In this document: positions 1 through 12,083 of the stretch, piece after piece
How the letters are laid out: the number at the start of each line of letters is the position of its first letter
Position numbering within the stretch: the stretch's first letter is position 1
DNA from: Bacillota bacterium
GTDB lineage: Bacteria > Gemmatimonadota > Gemmatimonadetes > Gemmatimonadales > GWC2-71-9
Length of the DNA stretch: 64,000 nucleotides
NCBI GenBank assembly: GCA_050257015.1
Contig: JBLMWC010000066.1
Span: 4,311 to 68,310, forward strand
Direction: 5' to 3'
Notes under the pieces: generated by a model
What the model saw: only the letters and a program-made list of their open reading frames with translations
What the model was told of the DNA's origin: nothing
Databases searched by the model: none
Translations under genes and position numbers: made by a program

Positions 1-569
1 CGCTCCTCGACCGACAGCGTCTCGAGGAGCGCCTGGCGCTGACCCGGAGTGATGTCGATGTAGCCGGCGACGAGGTCGGCGAAGCGGCCCGGCTCGTTCA
101 CCCCGGCGAGGACCTGGTTGACGACTTCCTCCGGCAGGCCCGACTTCTGTCCCAGCTCGGCGGCGCGGGCCCGCGCCTCGCGGTGCAGCGCCACGAACGC
201 GGGATCCTCGGCGTTGATCGGGGACATCTCCTCGGCCTCGCGCACGACGGCCTGGAGATACCCGTCCTTCTCGGTGTAGTGGATGGCGATGCCCCGGTGC
301 TCGCCGTGCAGGAGGAGCTGCATGCCTGAAAGGCCGCGCTGCAGCTGCCCGATCCGGGCGACGGTGCCGATCGTGTAGAGCGTTTCCGGGGTGACGTTGT
401 CGAGGTTCTCCCGCTGCGACACGGCGAAGACGAGCTTCTCCGGCGTAGCCAGCGCGGCCTCGATGGCTCGCAGCGTGGCGGGACGGCCCGCACCGATCGG
501 CGCGGTCACACCGGGAAAGAGGACGACCTCGCGAAGCGGCAGCACGGGCAGCATCAGGCGTTCGGACAT
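1..569 (-). CDS. lon: Lon protease, N-terminal portion (gene continues beyond window start)
   Basis: Not in the ORF track because it runs off the window edge. My own translation of the minus strand from ATG 569-567 (AAGGAG 6 nt upstream) gives MSERLMLPVLPLREVVLFPGVTAPIGAGRPATLRAIEAAL...LYTIGTVARIGQLQRGLSGMQLLLHGEHRG. This is the Lon N-terminal substrate-binding domain pattern. The frame stays open to nt 1. Confidence 0.8.
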   Translation of the reverse strand, partial: MSERLMLPVLPLREVVLFPGVTAPIGAGRPATLRAIEAALATPEKLVFAVSQRENLDNVTPETLYTIGTVARIGQLQRGLSGMQLLLHGEHRGIAIHYTEKDGYLQAVVREAEEMSPINAEDPAFVALHREARARAAELGQKSGLPEEVVNQVLAGVNEPGRFADLVAGYIDITPGQRQALLETLSVEE

Positions 570-795
570 CGGGACTCCTTTAGCTCCGTTCCCGGAGCGG
601 ATGGACTGGCCAGCATCGAATCGTCCCGTCCTGTGCACCCGGCATGCCAGTCCCATCATGCCGAAAGGACCACTGCGGTGGGTCGCAGTCGCTCGAATTG
701 TCGTGCGCGTCCGGCGCGCCTGCCAATATGGCTCCGGAGCGTCCCAGCCTGAATCGAATGTTGCCGACGGCGCGCGGCAAGCGCAAATTGGTGCG

Positions 796-2724
796 ATGAC
801 CGAACCCACCGACGATAAGCCTCTTGCCGCCCGTCTGGCGGAGGCGCTGGGCGACGCCTACACGATCGAAGGTGAGATCGGCCGCGGCGGCATGGGCGTG
901 GTCTACCGCGCGCGTGACGAGCGGCTGCAGCGGCGCGTTGCGATCAAGGTGCTGCCGCCGGAGCTGGCATTTCAGAAGGACATCCGCCAGCGCTTCACGC
1001 GTGAGGCGCAGACCGCGGCGCGACTGTCCCATCCGCACATCGTTCCGATCCACACCGTCGGCGAGGGCCAGGGGCTCGTCTATTTCGTGATGGGCTACGT
1101 CGACGGCGAGAGTGTGGGCGGACGCATCAAGCGCCGCGGGCGGCTGCCGGTCGAGGAAGTCCGGCGGATCATGAAGGAGACGGCCGACGCGCTCAGCGCC
1201 GCCCACAACCTTTCGATCATCCATCGCGACATCAAGCCGGACAACATCCTGCTCGAGGGCACCCGCGGACGTGTCATGGTCACGGACTTCGGTATCGCGA
1301 AGGCGCTCTCGTCGAGCTCCGGTGCCACGCTCACCGGAGTTGGCGTCGCGATCGGCACACCGTCGTTCATGAGCCCGGAGCAGGCGGCGGGCGAGCGGGA
1401 GATCGACGGCCGGTCCGACGTCTACAGTCTCGGGATCGTCGCCTACCAGATGCTGACGGGCGAGCTGCCGTTCTCGGCGCCGACGGTGGCGGGGATCCTG
1501 ATGAAGCAGATCACCGAGCCGGCCCCCGACATTCGCGACGCGCGGAGCGACGTCCCCGAGGATCTGGCCCTCGCCGTGGCCCGCTGTCTGGAGAAGGATC
1601 CGGAGAACCGCTGGCCGACGGCCGATGCGCTGCGCCGGGCGCTGGAGAACCGGGTAGTCACCGGCTATCAGCCGACGGGGCTGGGCTGGAAGGCGGGGCG
1701 GGCGCAGGCGGCTCCGGCCGGGCGCCCGCCGACCGGCGCTCGGCGTCCGACGCGGGACAGTCCCCGCCCTGCCGGCGCCCGGCCACCGATCAGCCCGCGG
1801 CCGCTGCCGGCGCAACGCGGTGCCTTCGACCGACTCGACCGGCTCGACCGGCTGGAGCGGGGCCGGCAGTGGAGCCCGCGGAAGGGTGAGGATACGCCGC
1901 TCCCCGACACCGGGGAGCCGAAGATCGTCCAGAAGGTTCGCGCCCAGTTCGCCCGCTGGGCGGCGGTCTCGGGCGGACTGTTCCTCATCAATCTCGGCAC
2001 CGGCGGGATCGACCATCCGTGGTTCATCATCCCGGCGGCCGCGATGGGCTTCGGGGTCCTGACGAACTACGCGAAGCTCTGGCAGGCTGGTTATACCTGG
2101 CGGGACGTGCTGAGCCGGCCGCCGGCGCATGACGCGATCCAGGCCGGAACGGTCGGGAAGGGCGGGAAGCTGCCGCGCGTCCTGCCGCCGCCGAAGCCGG
2201 ACGAGTTCGGGGCGCAGTACGGCAGCGTGCTGCAGGTCCATGGCGACCGCGCCGCGATCCTGAAGGCGCTCGACCGGCTCGACCCCACCGAGCGGAAGCA
2301 GCTGCCGGCCGAGATCCAGGAGACGGCCGACGGTCTCTACAACAAGGCGATCGATCTGGCGCGCACCCTCCACTCGCTCGACACCGAGACGAATGCAGAC
2401 GCCCTGGTTCGGCTGGACGAGCGGATCGCGGCGCTCCACCGGGAGCCCGACGACGCGGAGCGGGCCCGACGGCTCAACCTCCTCGAGCGCCAGCGTGCGA
2501 CGTACGCGGAGCTGCTGACCCGGCGGGCCCAGGTGGCCACGCGGCTGGATGAGTGTGTGCTGGCGATGCAGAACATGCGGCTGGATCTGATGCGCCTGCG
2601 CTCGGCCGGGATCGCGAACGTCCTAGGCGATCTCACCATGGCGACCCAGCAGGCGCGGGCGCTGTCGCGCGATGTAGATCACGCGATCAGCGCCGCGGCC
2701 GAGATCCGGGAGGCGCTGCGCTAG
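796..2724 (+). CDS. Ser/Thr protein kinase with 2TM-like membrane segment and long helical C-terminal domain
   Basis: ORF 391..2724 trimmed to ATG 796, just upstream of kinase subdomain I (GRGGMGVVY, AIKVL). Kinase motifs HRDIKPDNILL, DFGIAK and GTPSFMSPEQ are present. A Pro/Arg-rich linker leads to two adjacent hydrophobic helices (GLFLINLGTGGIDHPWFIIPAAAMGFGVL). About 210 aa of helical tail follow. Confidence 0.85.
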   Translation: MTEPTDDKPLAARLAEALGDAYTIEGEIGRGGMGVVYRARDERLQRRVAIKVLPPELAFQKDIRQRFTREAQTAARLSHPHIVPIHTVGEGQGLVYFVMGYVDGESVGGRIKRRGRLPVEEVRRIMKETADALSAAHNLSIIHRDIKPDNILLEGTRGRVMVTDFGIAKALSSSSGATLTGVGVAIGTPSFMSPEQAAGEREIDGRSDVYSLGIVAYQMLTGELPFSAPTVAGILMKQITEPAPDIRDARSDVPEDLALAVARCLEKDPENRWPTADALRRALENRVVTGYQPTGLGWKAGRAQAAPAGRPPTGARRPTRDSPRPAGARPPISPRPLPAQRGAFDRLDRLDRLERGRQWSPRKGEDTPLPDTGEPKIVQKVRAQFARWAAVSGGLFLINLGTGGIDHPWFIIPAAAMGFGVLTNYAKLWQAGYTWRDVLSRPPAHDAIQAGTVGKGGKLPRVLPPPKPDEFGAQYGSVLQVHGDRAAILKALDRLDPTERKQLPAEIQETADGLYNKAIDLARTLHSLDTETNADALVRLDERIAALHREPDDAERARRLNLLERQRATYAELLTRRAQVATRLDECVLAMQNMRLDLMRLRSAGIANVLGDLTMATQQARALSRDVDHAISAAAEIREALR

Positions 2725-2734
2725 GCGGTCCCGC

Positions 2735-4867
<2,133 letters not shown>

Positions 4868-4926
4868 GGTCTCGAAAGCTCGGGTGACGCCGGACTGCGC
4901 TGACCCCGAAAGATAGCCCGGGGGGC

Positions 4927-7236
4927 TCAGTCGCTCCAGCCGACGGTCTGCACGTCCGCGAGCACGCCGTTGAGATCGTTGAACTTCAGATCCTTCGGCC
5001 TGGCCGGCATCAGCGGCAGCTCGAGATCGGTGCGCGGCCCCTGGATCTTGACTCGCACCCGCGCGACGCCGCCCTCGAGCGTCACCGTCACGGGCACGTA
5101 CATGAGGAAACTGTCGGGAACATCCTCCTGCAGCACGCGAAGGCGAACCCGGAACTTGCCGCCGTCCGCGGGCTCCGACTTCCAGGAAACCTTGTAGCTC
5201 GGCGTGGCGACGCCCTCGAACCACTCATCGAAGAACCACCGCATGCTGGTGCCGGTGTGACGCTCGATCACCCGCCTGAAGTCGTCGGTGGACGCGCGGC
5301 CGCCGCGGTACGACCCGTAGAACTCACGCATCGCGCTGGTGAAGCGATCCTCGTTCATCGTCTTCAGGTCGAGCATGAGGATTCGCAGCATGTGCAGCAC
5401 CCAGGCACCCTTGTCGTAGACGATCGCCTGATAGTCGTTGCCGTCGGTGCCGTCGCCGACGCGGCTGCCGAACGCGAGCGCCGCATCCTCCCCGCGATGG
5501 AGCATGATGTCGTTGTGCCAGCGGTCCAGCATGCTGAAGTACAGCTTGTTCTGCTTGCGCACGGTCTGCATGTACCACAGCCCCGAGAAGCTGGCGAATC
5601 CCTCGCTGAGCCACCGGTCGTGATACGTGGCGTAGTCGACGCCGATTCCCCACCACTGATGCGCCACCTCGTGGGCGCGGAAGAACTCGTCGAAGCCGTC
5701 ATCGGCGGTATTGACGAAGGTGCTCAGCGCCAGGTGCACCAGGCCCGGGAACGCTTCCCCGTGGGCATAGGGGATCTCGGTGGCGTAGAACTGCTTCACG
5801 GGCACGTCGCCGTAGACGTGCTGGAAGAACTGGAGGGCGCTCAGCACGTCCTGCCCCACGCGCTCCTTCGCGTATGCACCGGGAAGGAGTCCGGAGCGGT
5901 GCGCCTGCTCGGAATACAGCACCGTCACCGGCGGCAGTCCCGCCGAACGGGCCGAAAGGGTCTCGAACACACCCAGGTTGAACGAGGCATTGCGAATCGG
6001 CGCGGAGGTGACCCAGTGGGTCTGCACCATGCCGGCAGCGTCGGCGGTCGAGTCCACCTGATCGCCGACCGATGCGAAGCGGTAGGACGGCGGCGTGTGG
6101 AAGGTCATGTCGAAGACCGCCTTGGTCCGGCCCTCGAGGGTGAGCGGATACCACGAAATCGACGACTTGATGTACAGGAGGTCGTCGTAGCGGTCGATCA
6201 GATCGCCGTGATAGTAGAACGTCACCGGGCGCGTCTCACCGGCCGCCAGCGGGTGATCCAGGCGGAGCCAGAGCTCCCCGGCATCCTTCAGCTTCGCCGT
6301 GACCGCGACGGTGCCGTCGCCCCAGCGGGCGGAGTCGACCTGGAGCTTGGGAAACAGCTGGAAGGCGACCCACGGTCCGACCGGGACCGCGGCGGTGAGA
6401 TCGAGCCGGGCTGCGGTGATGAACTTCACTTCCCCGGCATTGTTGCGCGGAATGGTGACGTCGAGGGTGTAGCGGCTGACCTCGATCTGCGCCCGCCGTT
6501 CGCTCGTTTCCGGAGCCGAGTCGCCCTGGAGACGGGACTGGCTCACCACCTGGGTCATCCGGGTCCACCCGGTGCGTCGTGCCCGGCCCAGGAGGCGACT
6601 GCCCTCGACGGTGTAGGGGTCGAGCATGAACATCACGGGGTCGCCTCCGGTGCGGGCGACGTGGGCGTAGAACAGATCGCTCGGCGCCGCGTTCAGCAGA
6701 TCGCCCATCACGTCCGGATCGGGCGACTTGCTGTCCGGGTCGCTCAGGTAATCGATGAGCTCGCGGACCCGGCCCCGGATATCGCCCGGCATTGGTGCGG
6801 CTGCCGCCTGCGGCGAGAAGCTGACCGACCGTCCCAGCTCAGCGAGGGTGCTGTCCGAGAACACGAAGACCGCAGCGGTCAGCGGCGTGACGAGGGACGT
6901 GCTCTTGTAGGTGCGAACGAGCCGCCGCTGCTCGAGCCGGCTCGCCGGCGCATACCTGAAGCTTCCGCTGCCGCGGTACGCCACGGCCACTCCGCGCCCT
7001 CCGACGGGCGCGAGGAGGTACAGCGTCCCGCTCTCGAGGGTGAACTCGGCCGCGTCGCGGCGAAGCACCAGGTGCGTGACCGGGGCCGACCGCGCGGGGT
7101 GGTCGGGAAGCGTCGTCAGCTCGGCCAGCCGGTCGGCGAATGTGGCGGCGGGAACGCCGATCTGCGCCTGCGCCGGCAGCAGCGCGGCGGCGGACGCAGC
7201 GACGACCAATGCACCCGTACGGATGACTCGACGCAC
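4927..7236 (-). CDS. secreted M1-family zinc aminopeptidase
   Basis: Signal peptide [25 protein letters not shown]. Gluzincin motif HEVAHQWWG followed by WLSEGFASF 18 residues later. Confidence 0.85.
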   Translation of the reverse strand: MRRVIRTGALVVAASAAALLPAQAQIGVPAATFADRLAELTTLPDHPARSAPVTHLVLRRDAAEFTLESGTLYLLAPVGGRGVAVAYRGSGSFRYAPASRLEQRRLVRTYKSTSLVTPLTAAVFVFSDSTLAELGRSVSFSPQAAAAPMPGDIRGRVRELIDYLSDPDSKSPDPDVMGDLLNAAPSDLFYAHVARTGGDPVMFMLDPYTVEGSRLLGRARRTGWTRMTQVVSQSRLQGDSAPETSERRAQIEVSRYTLDVTIPRNNAGEVKFITAARLDLTAAVPVGPWVAFQLFPKLQVDSARWGDGTVAVTAKLKDAGELWLRLDHPLAAGETRPVTFYYHGDLIDRYDDLLYIKSSISWYPLTLEGRTKAVFDMTFHTPPSYRFASVGDQVDSTADAAGMVQTHWVTSAPIRNASFNLGVFETLSARSAGLPPVTVLYSEQAHRSGLLPGAYAKERVGQDVLSALQFFQHVYGDVPVKQFYATEIPYAHGEAFPGLVHLALSTFVNTADDGFDEFFRAHEVAHQWWGIGVDYATYHDRWLSEGFASFSGLWYMQTVRKQNKLYFSMLDRWHNDIMLHRGEDAALAFGSRVGDGTDGNDYQAIVYDKGAWVLHMLRILMLDLKTMNEDRFTSAMREFYGSYRGGRASTDDFRRVIERHTGTSMRWFFDEWFEGVATPSYKVSWKSEPADGGKFRVRLRVLQEDVPDSFLMYVPVTVTLEGGVARVRVKIQGPRTDLELPLMPARPKDLKFNDLNGVLADVQTVGWSD

Positions 7237-7384
7237 GAATCCTCCAGGACGTGATCAGGGAACCGCCGCTGACGCGACGGCTGGCGGCACTGCTGACGGG
7301 AGATGGCGGGATGGGGGCGGCCGGGGCCGCATTGCCAAGGTGCAGCCCGCGGGGAATCCGGTCAATTGGCAGAAATCGCACAGC

Positions 7385-7410
7385 GGGGCGTGCCAGGATT
7401 GGCACGCCCC
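7385..7410 (-). terminator. GC-rich hairpin downstream of the amidohydrolase gene (terminator-like)
   Basis: GGGGCGTGCCA-GGAT-TGGCACGCCCC forms an 11-bp perfect stem with a 4-nt loop. It starts 11 nt past the stop at 7421-7423. Only a short T-run follows on the minus strand. Confidence 0.4.
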
Positions 7411-7420
7411 TGAGGGACTG

Positions 7421-9112
7421 CTACTGCGCCGGGAAGACCACCTTCCCGTTCACCACCGTCATCCGGACCTTGGCGTTCCGGATTTCCTCCGGCCGGATCG
7501 TCGTCAGGTCCTGATCGAGCACCACGAGGTCCGCTTTCATCCCCGGCCGCAGCACGCCGCGCACGCGCTCGCCGAAGGCGGCATACGCATCGCCGGCGGT
7601 GTAGGCACGAAGCGCCTCGTCCACGCTGATCTTCTGCTCCGGTATCCAGCCGCCCGGGTTCTTGTCGTCCAGCGTGCGCCGGGTGACGGCGGCGTAGATG
7701 CCAAGCAGCGGGTCGATCGGCGCCACCGTCCAGTCGGAGCCGAAGGCCAGATGGGTGTGATCGTCGAGCAGCGTCCGGAAGATGTACATGTTCCGGATCC
7801 GGTCGGGGCCGACCCGCTTCTCTGCCCACCGACCGTCGTCGATCGCGTGATACGGCTGCATCGAGGCGACCACGCCGATCCGGGCGAGGCGCGGCGCATC
7901 CACCGGCCTGAGGTGCTGCGCGTGCTCGATCCGGAAGCGGCGGTCGCGGGCGCCGTGCGCCTTCGCGACGCTGTCATAGATGTCGAGCACCAGGCCATTG
8001 GCCTTTTCTCCGATGGCATGCACCACCACCTGGAGTCCCGCCGAGTCGGCGCCGCCGATCCAGCGGCGAAGCGAATCCTCCGGCGTCACCAGCAGTCCGG
8101 ACGTGCTCGCATCGTCGGCGTAGGGCTCGTAGAAGAGCGCGGTGCGGGACCCCAGCGAGCCGTCCACGAATCCCTTCACGCCGGCCACCCGCAGGAAGTC
8201 GTCGCCCGGGCCGTCGGCCTTGAGGGTGTCGGCCATGCGGCGCCACGCCTCCAGCGGTACGTAGGCGGAGATCCGGGTGTGCAGGGTGCCGTTCCGATAG
8301 GCTCGCTTCATCGCGGCGAGCTCACCCCAGCCGACCGACACCGCGGAGACACCCGTAACGCCCTTCGATGCGGCCCACGCCGTGGCCCGCGCGATGGCGG
8401 AATCGGTCCGTTCCGGGGACGGATTGGGCATCGCACCGTAGACGAGATCCTGCGCGTTGTCCTTGAGGATGCCGGTCGGGGTGCCGTCCGGATCACGCAC
8501 GATCGTGCCGCCGGCGATGTCCTTCGTGGCCCGGCTGACCTTCGCGAGCCCGAGCGCCAGACTGTTCGCCACCCCCATGTGACCGTCGAGCCGGTTGACG
8601 AAGACCGGATTCTTCGGCGTCACCGAGTCGATCCAGTCCCGGCGGGGAAGCGGCGAGCCGGCCCACCGTTCATGATCCCAGTCGCCACCGACGATCCACT
8701 CGCCCGGCTTGAGGGTGGCGGCATACGCCTTGAGGCGGGCGATGAACTCCTGCGGCGTGTTCGCATCCCGGAGATCCACGCTCGTCAGCTGGAACCCGCC
8801 GCTGCCGAAGTGCACATGCGCATCGTTGAAGCCCGGCGCCACCATCGCCGCACCGTTGTTCACGACGCGCGTCCCGCTCCCCTGGTATGCCGCGACGGCC
8901 GAGCTGTCTCCGACGGCGACGATGGTGTCACCCGCGACGGCGACGGCGGCGGCCCACGGCCGGGCGGAGTCGCCGGTCCACACCCGGCCGTAGATCACGA
9001 GACTGGCGACGGGGGCGGGTTTGCCGGTGGCCCCGGGCGCGCCGTTGCCCTGACAGGCCGGCAGCGTGGCGGCAAGCGCGGCGGCGAGCGCAGCACGACG
9101 GACGAGCGTCAT
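7421..9112 (-). CDS. amidohydrolase-3 (YtcJ-like) metal-dependent hydrolase, lipoprotein
   Basis: ORF 7421..9178 trimmed to ATG 9112 (MTLVRRAALAAALAATLPAC, lipobox). HxH motif FNDAHVHF. Length and C-terminal pattern are typical of the amidohydrolase 3 family. Confidence 0.8.
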   Translation of the reverse strand: MTLVRRAALAAALAATLPACQGNGAPGATGKPAPVASLVIYGRVWTGDSARPWAAAVAVAGDTIVAVGDSSAVAAYQGSGTRVVNNGAAMVAPGFNDAHVHFGSGGFQLTSVDLRDANTPQEFIARLKAYAATLKPGEWIVGGDWDHERWAGSPLPRRDWIDSVTPKNPVFVNRLDGHMGVANSLALGLAKVSRATKDIAGGTIVRDPDGTPTGILKDNAQDLVYGAMPNPSPERTDSAIARATAWAASKGVTGVSAVSVGWGELAAMKRAYRNGTLHTRISAYVPLEAWRRMADTLKADGPGDDFLRVAGVKGFVDGSLGSRTALFYEPYADDASTSGLLVTPEDSLRRWIGGADSAGLQVVVHAIGEKANGLVLDIYDSVAKAHGARDRRFRIEHAQHLRPVDAPRLARIGVVASMQPYHAIDDGRWAEKRVGPDRIRNMYIFRTLLDDHTHLAFGSDWTVAPIDPLLGIYAAVTRRTLDDKNPGGWIPEQKISVDEALRAYTAGDAYAAFGERVRGVLRPGMKADLVVLDQDLTTIRPEEIRNAKVRMTVVNGKVVFPAQ

Positions 9113-9122
9113 CGCGAACCTT

Positions 9123-9389
9123 TCAGCGAAGCTTGGTGAGGCGGCGCAGCGACTCGAGTCGCTCGAGCGCGCTGCCACCGCTGGCGGCGGGGGCCACGGA
9201 GAAGAGATCGCGGATGTCGAGCAGGATCTCGAGCATCAGCTGGTCGCGCATGTAGGAGTTTTCGAGATCGGCCATCCGCGCCGCCGCGCCTTCGGCCTTG
9301 GCGCGGTCGTACGTCTCCCGGTAGATCGACTCGAGGTTGGCGAGGATGCGGTCACGCGGGCGCATGGGAATCCGCGAAGTGTGGGCCAT
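9123..9389 (-). CDS. small helical hypothetical protein (88 aa)
   Basis: ATG start and strongly GC3-biased codons. It ends 10 nt upstream of the amidohydrolase start. I recognise no domain. Confidence 0.5.
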   Translation of the reverse strand: MAHTSRIPMRPRDRILANLESIYRETYDRAKAEGAAARMADLENSYMRDQLMLEILLDIRDLFSVAPAASGGSALERLESLRRLTKLR

Positions 9390-9474
9390 TGGAATGTGAC
9401 GGAAGTGGCCGTAATCTACGTCCGTTCGCGTTCAGCCAATAGACGACCCCGCCTCCGCGAAGCGAGCCGCTCCG

Positions 9475-9795
9475 ATGAATGCCATGCAGCGCCGGGTCGA
9501 CGCCTGGGTCGGCCAGTTCCAGGAAGGATATTTCGACCCGCTCACCAATCTCGCCCGGCTCGCCGAGGAGGTGGGCGAGCTGGCGCGCGAGGTGAATCAT
9601 CGCTTCGGCCGCAAGACGAAGAAGGCCGGGGAGGCGGAGGGCGATCTCGCCATGGAGATGGCCGACATCCTCTTCGTGCTCTGCTGCATGGCCAACCGGG
9701 AGGGGATCGATCTCGATCAGGCGTTCGCCCGGATGATGGAGAAGGTGGAGCACCGCGACCGGGATCGCTGGACCCGGATCACTCCCAGTCCCTAG
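9475..9795 (+). CDS. MazG-like nucleotide pyrophosphohydrolase
   Basis: 106 aa. LARLAEEVGELAREV ... EMADILFVLCCMANREGIDLDQAF matches the small all-helical MazG/NTP-PPase pattern (EExGE ... E..AD). Confidence 0.75.
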   Translation: MNAMQRRVDAWVGQFQEGYFDPLTNLARLAEEVGELAREVNHRFGRKTKKAGEAEGDLAMEMADILFVLCCMANREGIDLDQAFARMMEKVEHRDRDRWTRITPSP

Positions 9796-10687
9796 GCTCG
9801 CCCTCGAGCTCGAGCAGCAGCGAGTGGTAGCTGGCGAGCCGGTCCGCTGCGATGTCGCCCCGGTCGACGGCGGCGCGGATCGCGCAGCCCGGCTCGGAGA
9901 CATGGCGGCAGTCGCCGTACTTGCAGTGGCCGATGAGCGGCCGCATCTCGGGGAAGCATGAGGCCAGCTCGCGCGGCTCGATCCCCCAGAGTCCCACCTC
10001 GCTGAAGCCCGGCGTGTCCACCAGGTAGCCGCCGGCGTCGAGCGGAATCATCACGGCGCCCACGGTGGTGTGCGTGCCGCGGCGGACCTTCCGGCTGATC
10101 TCCCCGACCCGCAGCATGATTCCCGGCTGGATCGCGTTCAGCAGACTCGACTTCCCCGCCCCCGACGGCCCGGTGACGACCGACGTGCCCCGGGTCAGCG
10201 CGTCGCGCAGCTCGGCGATGCCCTCGCCGCTCTTCACGCTGGTCCGGTAGACGACGTAACCCGCCGCGCGATACTGTGCCGCGAGCGCATCTCCCGGATC
10301 GAGGTCGGTCTTGTTGAGGACGAGCGCCGCCGGGATGCTGTTGGCTTCGGCTACGACGAGCAGGCGGTCGATGAGCTGGGGGATCGGGGCGGGATCGCGT
10401 GTGGCCGCGACGACGAAGACCTCGTCGATGTTGGCGGCGACCGGCCGGGCCCCGCGGCCCTCCGGCACCCGCCGCTCGAGGAGGGTGCGCCGCGGCGCGA
10501 CGCCGGTGATGCCGTAGAGCGAGCCGCCGGTCTCGGGCTCGAGGTCCACGAGATCACCGACGACGACCCGCGGCGTGTCGCGCTTGCTCTTCCCGCGGAG
10601 CACGGCGCGGAGCTCTCCCTCGCCGGTGCGGACGCGGTAGGTCGCGCCGTCCCGCTCCACCACGGTCCCCCTGAGCGGCGTCACCAT
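9779..10687 (-). CDS. rsgA: ribosome small-subunit-dependent GTPase A
   Basis: Circularly permuted GTPase: NKTDL, then GPSGAGKSSLLNAI. C-terminal zinc finger CKYGDCRHVSEPGCAI. Confidence 0.9.
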   Translation of the reverse strand: MVTPLRGTVVERDGATYRVRTGEGELRAVLRGKSKRDTPRVVVGDLVDLEPETGGSLYGITGVAPRRTLLERRVPEGRGARPVAANIDEVFVVAATRDPAPIPQLIDRLLVVAEANSIPAALVLNKTDLDPGDALAAQYRAAGYVVYRTSVKSGEGIAELRDALTRGTSVVTGPSGAGKSSLLNAIQPGIMLRVGEISRKVRRGTHTTVGAVMIPLDAGGYLVDTPGFSEVGLWGIEPRELASCFPEMRPLIGHCKYGDCRHVSEPGCAIRAAVDRGDIAADRLASYHSLLLELEGEPRDWE

Positions 10688-10995
10688 TCACCCGGCGATG
10701 CGGCGATCGCTTCGTCGAGCGCGGCCTTCACGTCGTAGAGCGACAGGACGAGCACCCGCTCCTCCGCGGCGGCCGGCGTCCGGCCCCACGCGAGCGGCGG
10801 CGTCTCGAGGTGGCCGACCGGCCGGTCGCCGGCAGGCGCCCAGCGCACGAACAGCAGCGCCGCGCCGTAGCGGCCGTTCGGGTCCGGCTCGTCGTCCACG
10901 TAGACGGCGACCGAATAGGGCTGGCCATCGCTGCCGGTGAATGCCGCGGCCCGCTCGTGCCTGGCCATGTATCCACCCAGCGTGAACTCGCTCAC
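10681..10995 (-). CDS. hypothetical protein (about 104 aa)
   Basis: ORF 10681..11088. GTG 10995 forms a GTGA overlap with the proline dehydrogenase stop, and the 3' end overlaps the rsgA start (ATGGTGA). GC3-rich. No domain recognised. The start is uncertain; ATG 10968 is the alternative. Confidence 0.5.
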   Translation of the reverse strand: MSEFTLGGYMARHERAAAFTGSDGQPYSVAVYVDDEPDPNGRYGAALLFVRWAPAGDRPVGHLETPPLAWGRTPAAAEERVLVLSLYDVKAALDEAIAASPGEW

Positions 10996-11924
10996 TTCCG
11001 TGACACCGACTCCCTGAGAACGTTCCCCAGCATGAAGGCGATATTCGCCGGCCGCTCGGCCAGCCGTCGCATGAGATAGGGGTACCACTGCGTCCCGAAC
11101 GGGACGTAGACCCGCATGTTGAACCCCGCCTGACGGAGCATCTCCTGGAAGTCGCGCCGGACGCCGTAGAGCATCTGGAACTCGAAGCGCGCCGCCGGAA
11201 TGTCGTGCAGCTGGACGAACTTCCGTGCCTGCGAGATGATCGCCTCGTCGTGCGTGGCGATCCCGGGATAATTCCCCTTCAGGAGGAGCCGCTCCATCAG
11301 GATCACGTAGTTGCGGTCCACGTCCGCCTTCTCGGCGAAGGCGACGGCCGGCGGCTCCAGATAGGCGCCCTTGCAGAGGCGCACCCGCGCCTTGCGCTCG
11401 ATCAGCTCGTCGACGTCCGCCTCGGAGCGGCGGAGAGCCGACTGGATCACGACGCCGCAGTGCGCGCCGTGGGTCGGGAAGAGACGATGGTAGAAGAAGT
11501 CGAGCGTGCGCTGGGTGTAGGCCGAGCTTTCCATGTCGAGCCGGACGAATCCGCCGAGCGCGCGGGCGCGGTCGAGGATCTCGAGCATGTTGCGGCCGCA
11601 GAGATCCTCGTCGATGTCGAGGCCCATCTGGGTGAGCTTGACCGACACGTTCACGTCGGCGCCGCTCGTCGCGAGCCGGTCGAGCATCAGCAGGTACTGG
11701 TCCTTGGCCGCGACCGCCTCGGCCGCCTGCGTGACGCTCTCACCGAGAAGGTCGAGCGACGTCCCGATGCCGCGGGCCTTCAGCTCCTTCGCCGCTGTGA
11801 CACCCTGCTCGATCGTTTCACCGGCGACGAACCGCGACGCGAAGTGGCGGGCGAGCCGGTTGGAGCTGATGAAGTGGAAGATGCCGTTCTGTCGCGACAG
11901 CCAGAGCAGACTTTGGCGCAGCAT
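10992..11924 (-). CDS. proline dehydrogenase (monofunctional)
   Basis: 310 aa. Family pattern seen in FVAGETIEQGVTAAKELKARGIGTSLDLLGE, VSVKLTQMG, IATHD and YGVRRD. Confidence 0.85.
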   Translation of the reverse strand: MLRQSLLWLSRQNGIFHFISSNRLARHFASRFVAGETIEQGVTAAKELKARGIGTSLDLLGESVTQAAEAVAAKDQYLLMLDRLATSGADVNVSVKLTQMGLDIDEDLCGRNMLEILDRARALGGFVRLDMESSAYTQRTLDFFYHRLFPTHGAHCGVVIQSALRRSEADVDELIERKARVRLCKGAYLEPPAVAFAEKADVDRNYVILMERLLLKGNYPGIATHDEAIISQARKFVQLHDIPAARFEFQMLYGVRRDFQEMLRQAGFNMRVYVPFGTQWYPYLMRRLAERPANIAFMLGNVLRESVSRK

Positions 11925-12083
11925 GCGGACCTGGTTCTCCTGGTGACGGGACCCGGCGGATGCCGGCCCGGGCGACCCGAAGCTAGCCAGCCGCTGGGGC
12001 CGCTACAAGCGCGTGTGAGCCCCCTCACCCCGCCGCGGCCGGTTTCCACCTAAGATCGGTCCAGCGCACCCGAAGGAGCGAGC

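Noticed and set aside
583-598. GCTCCG-TTCC-CGGAGC, a small hairpin just upstream of the lon ribosome-binding site, might be a CIRCE/HAIR-type heat-shock operator.
   Set aside because: The stem is only 6 bp. It has no resemblance to the CIRCE (TTAGCACTC-N9-GAGTGCTAA) or HAIR consensus.
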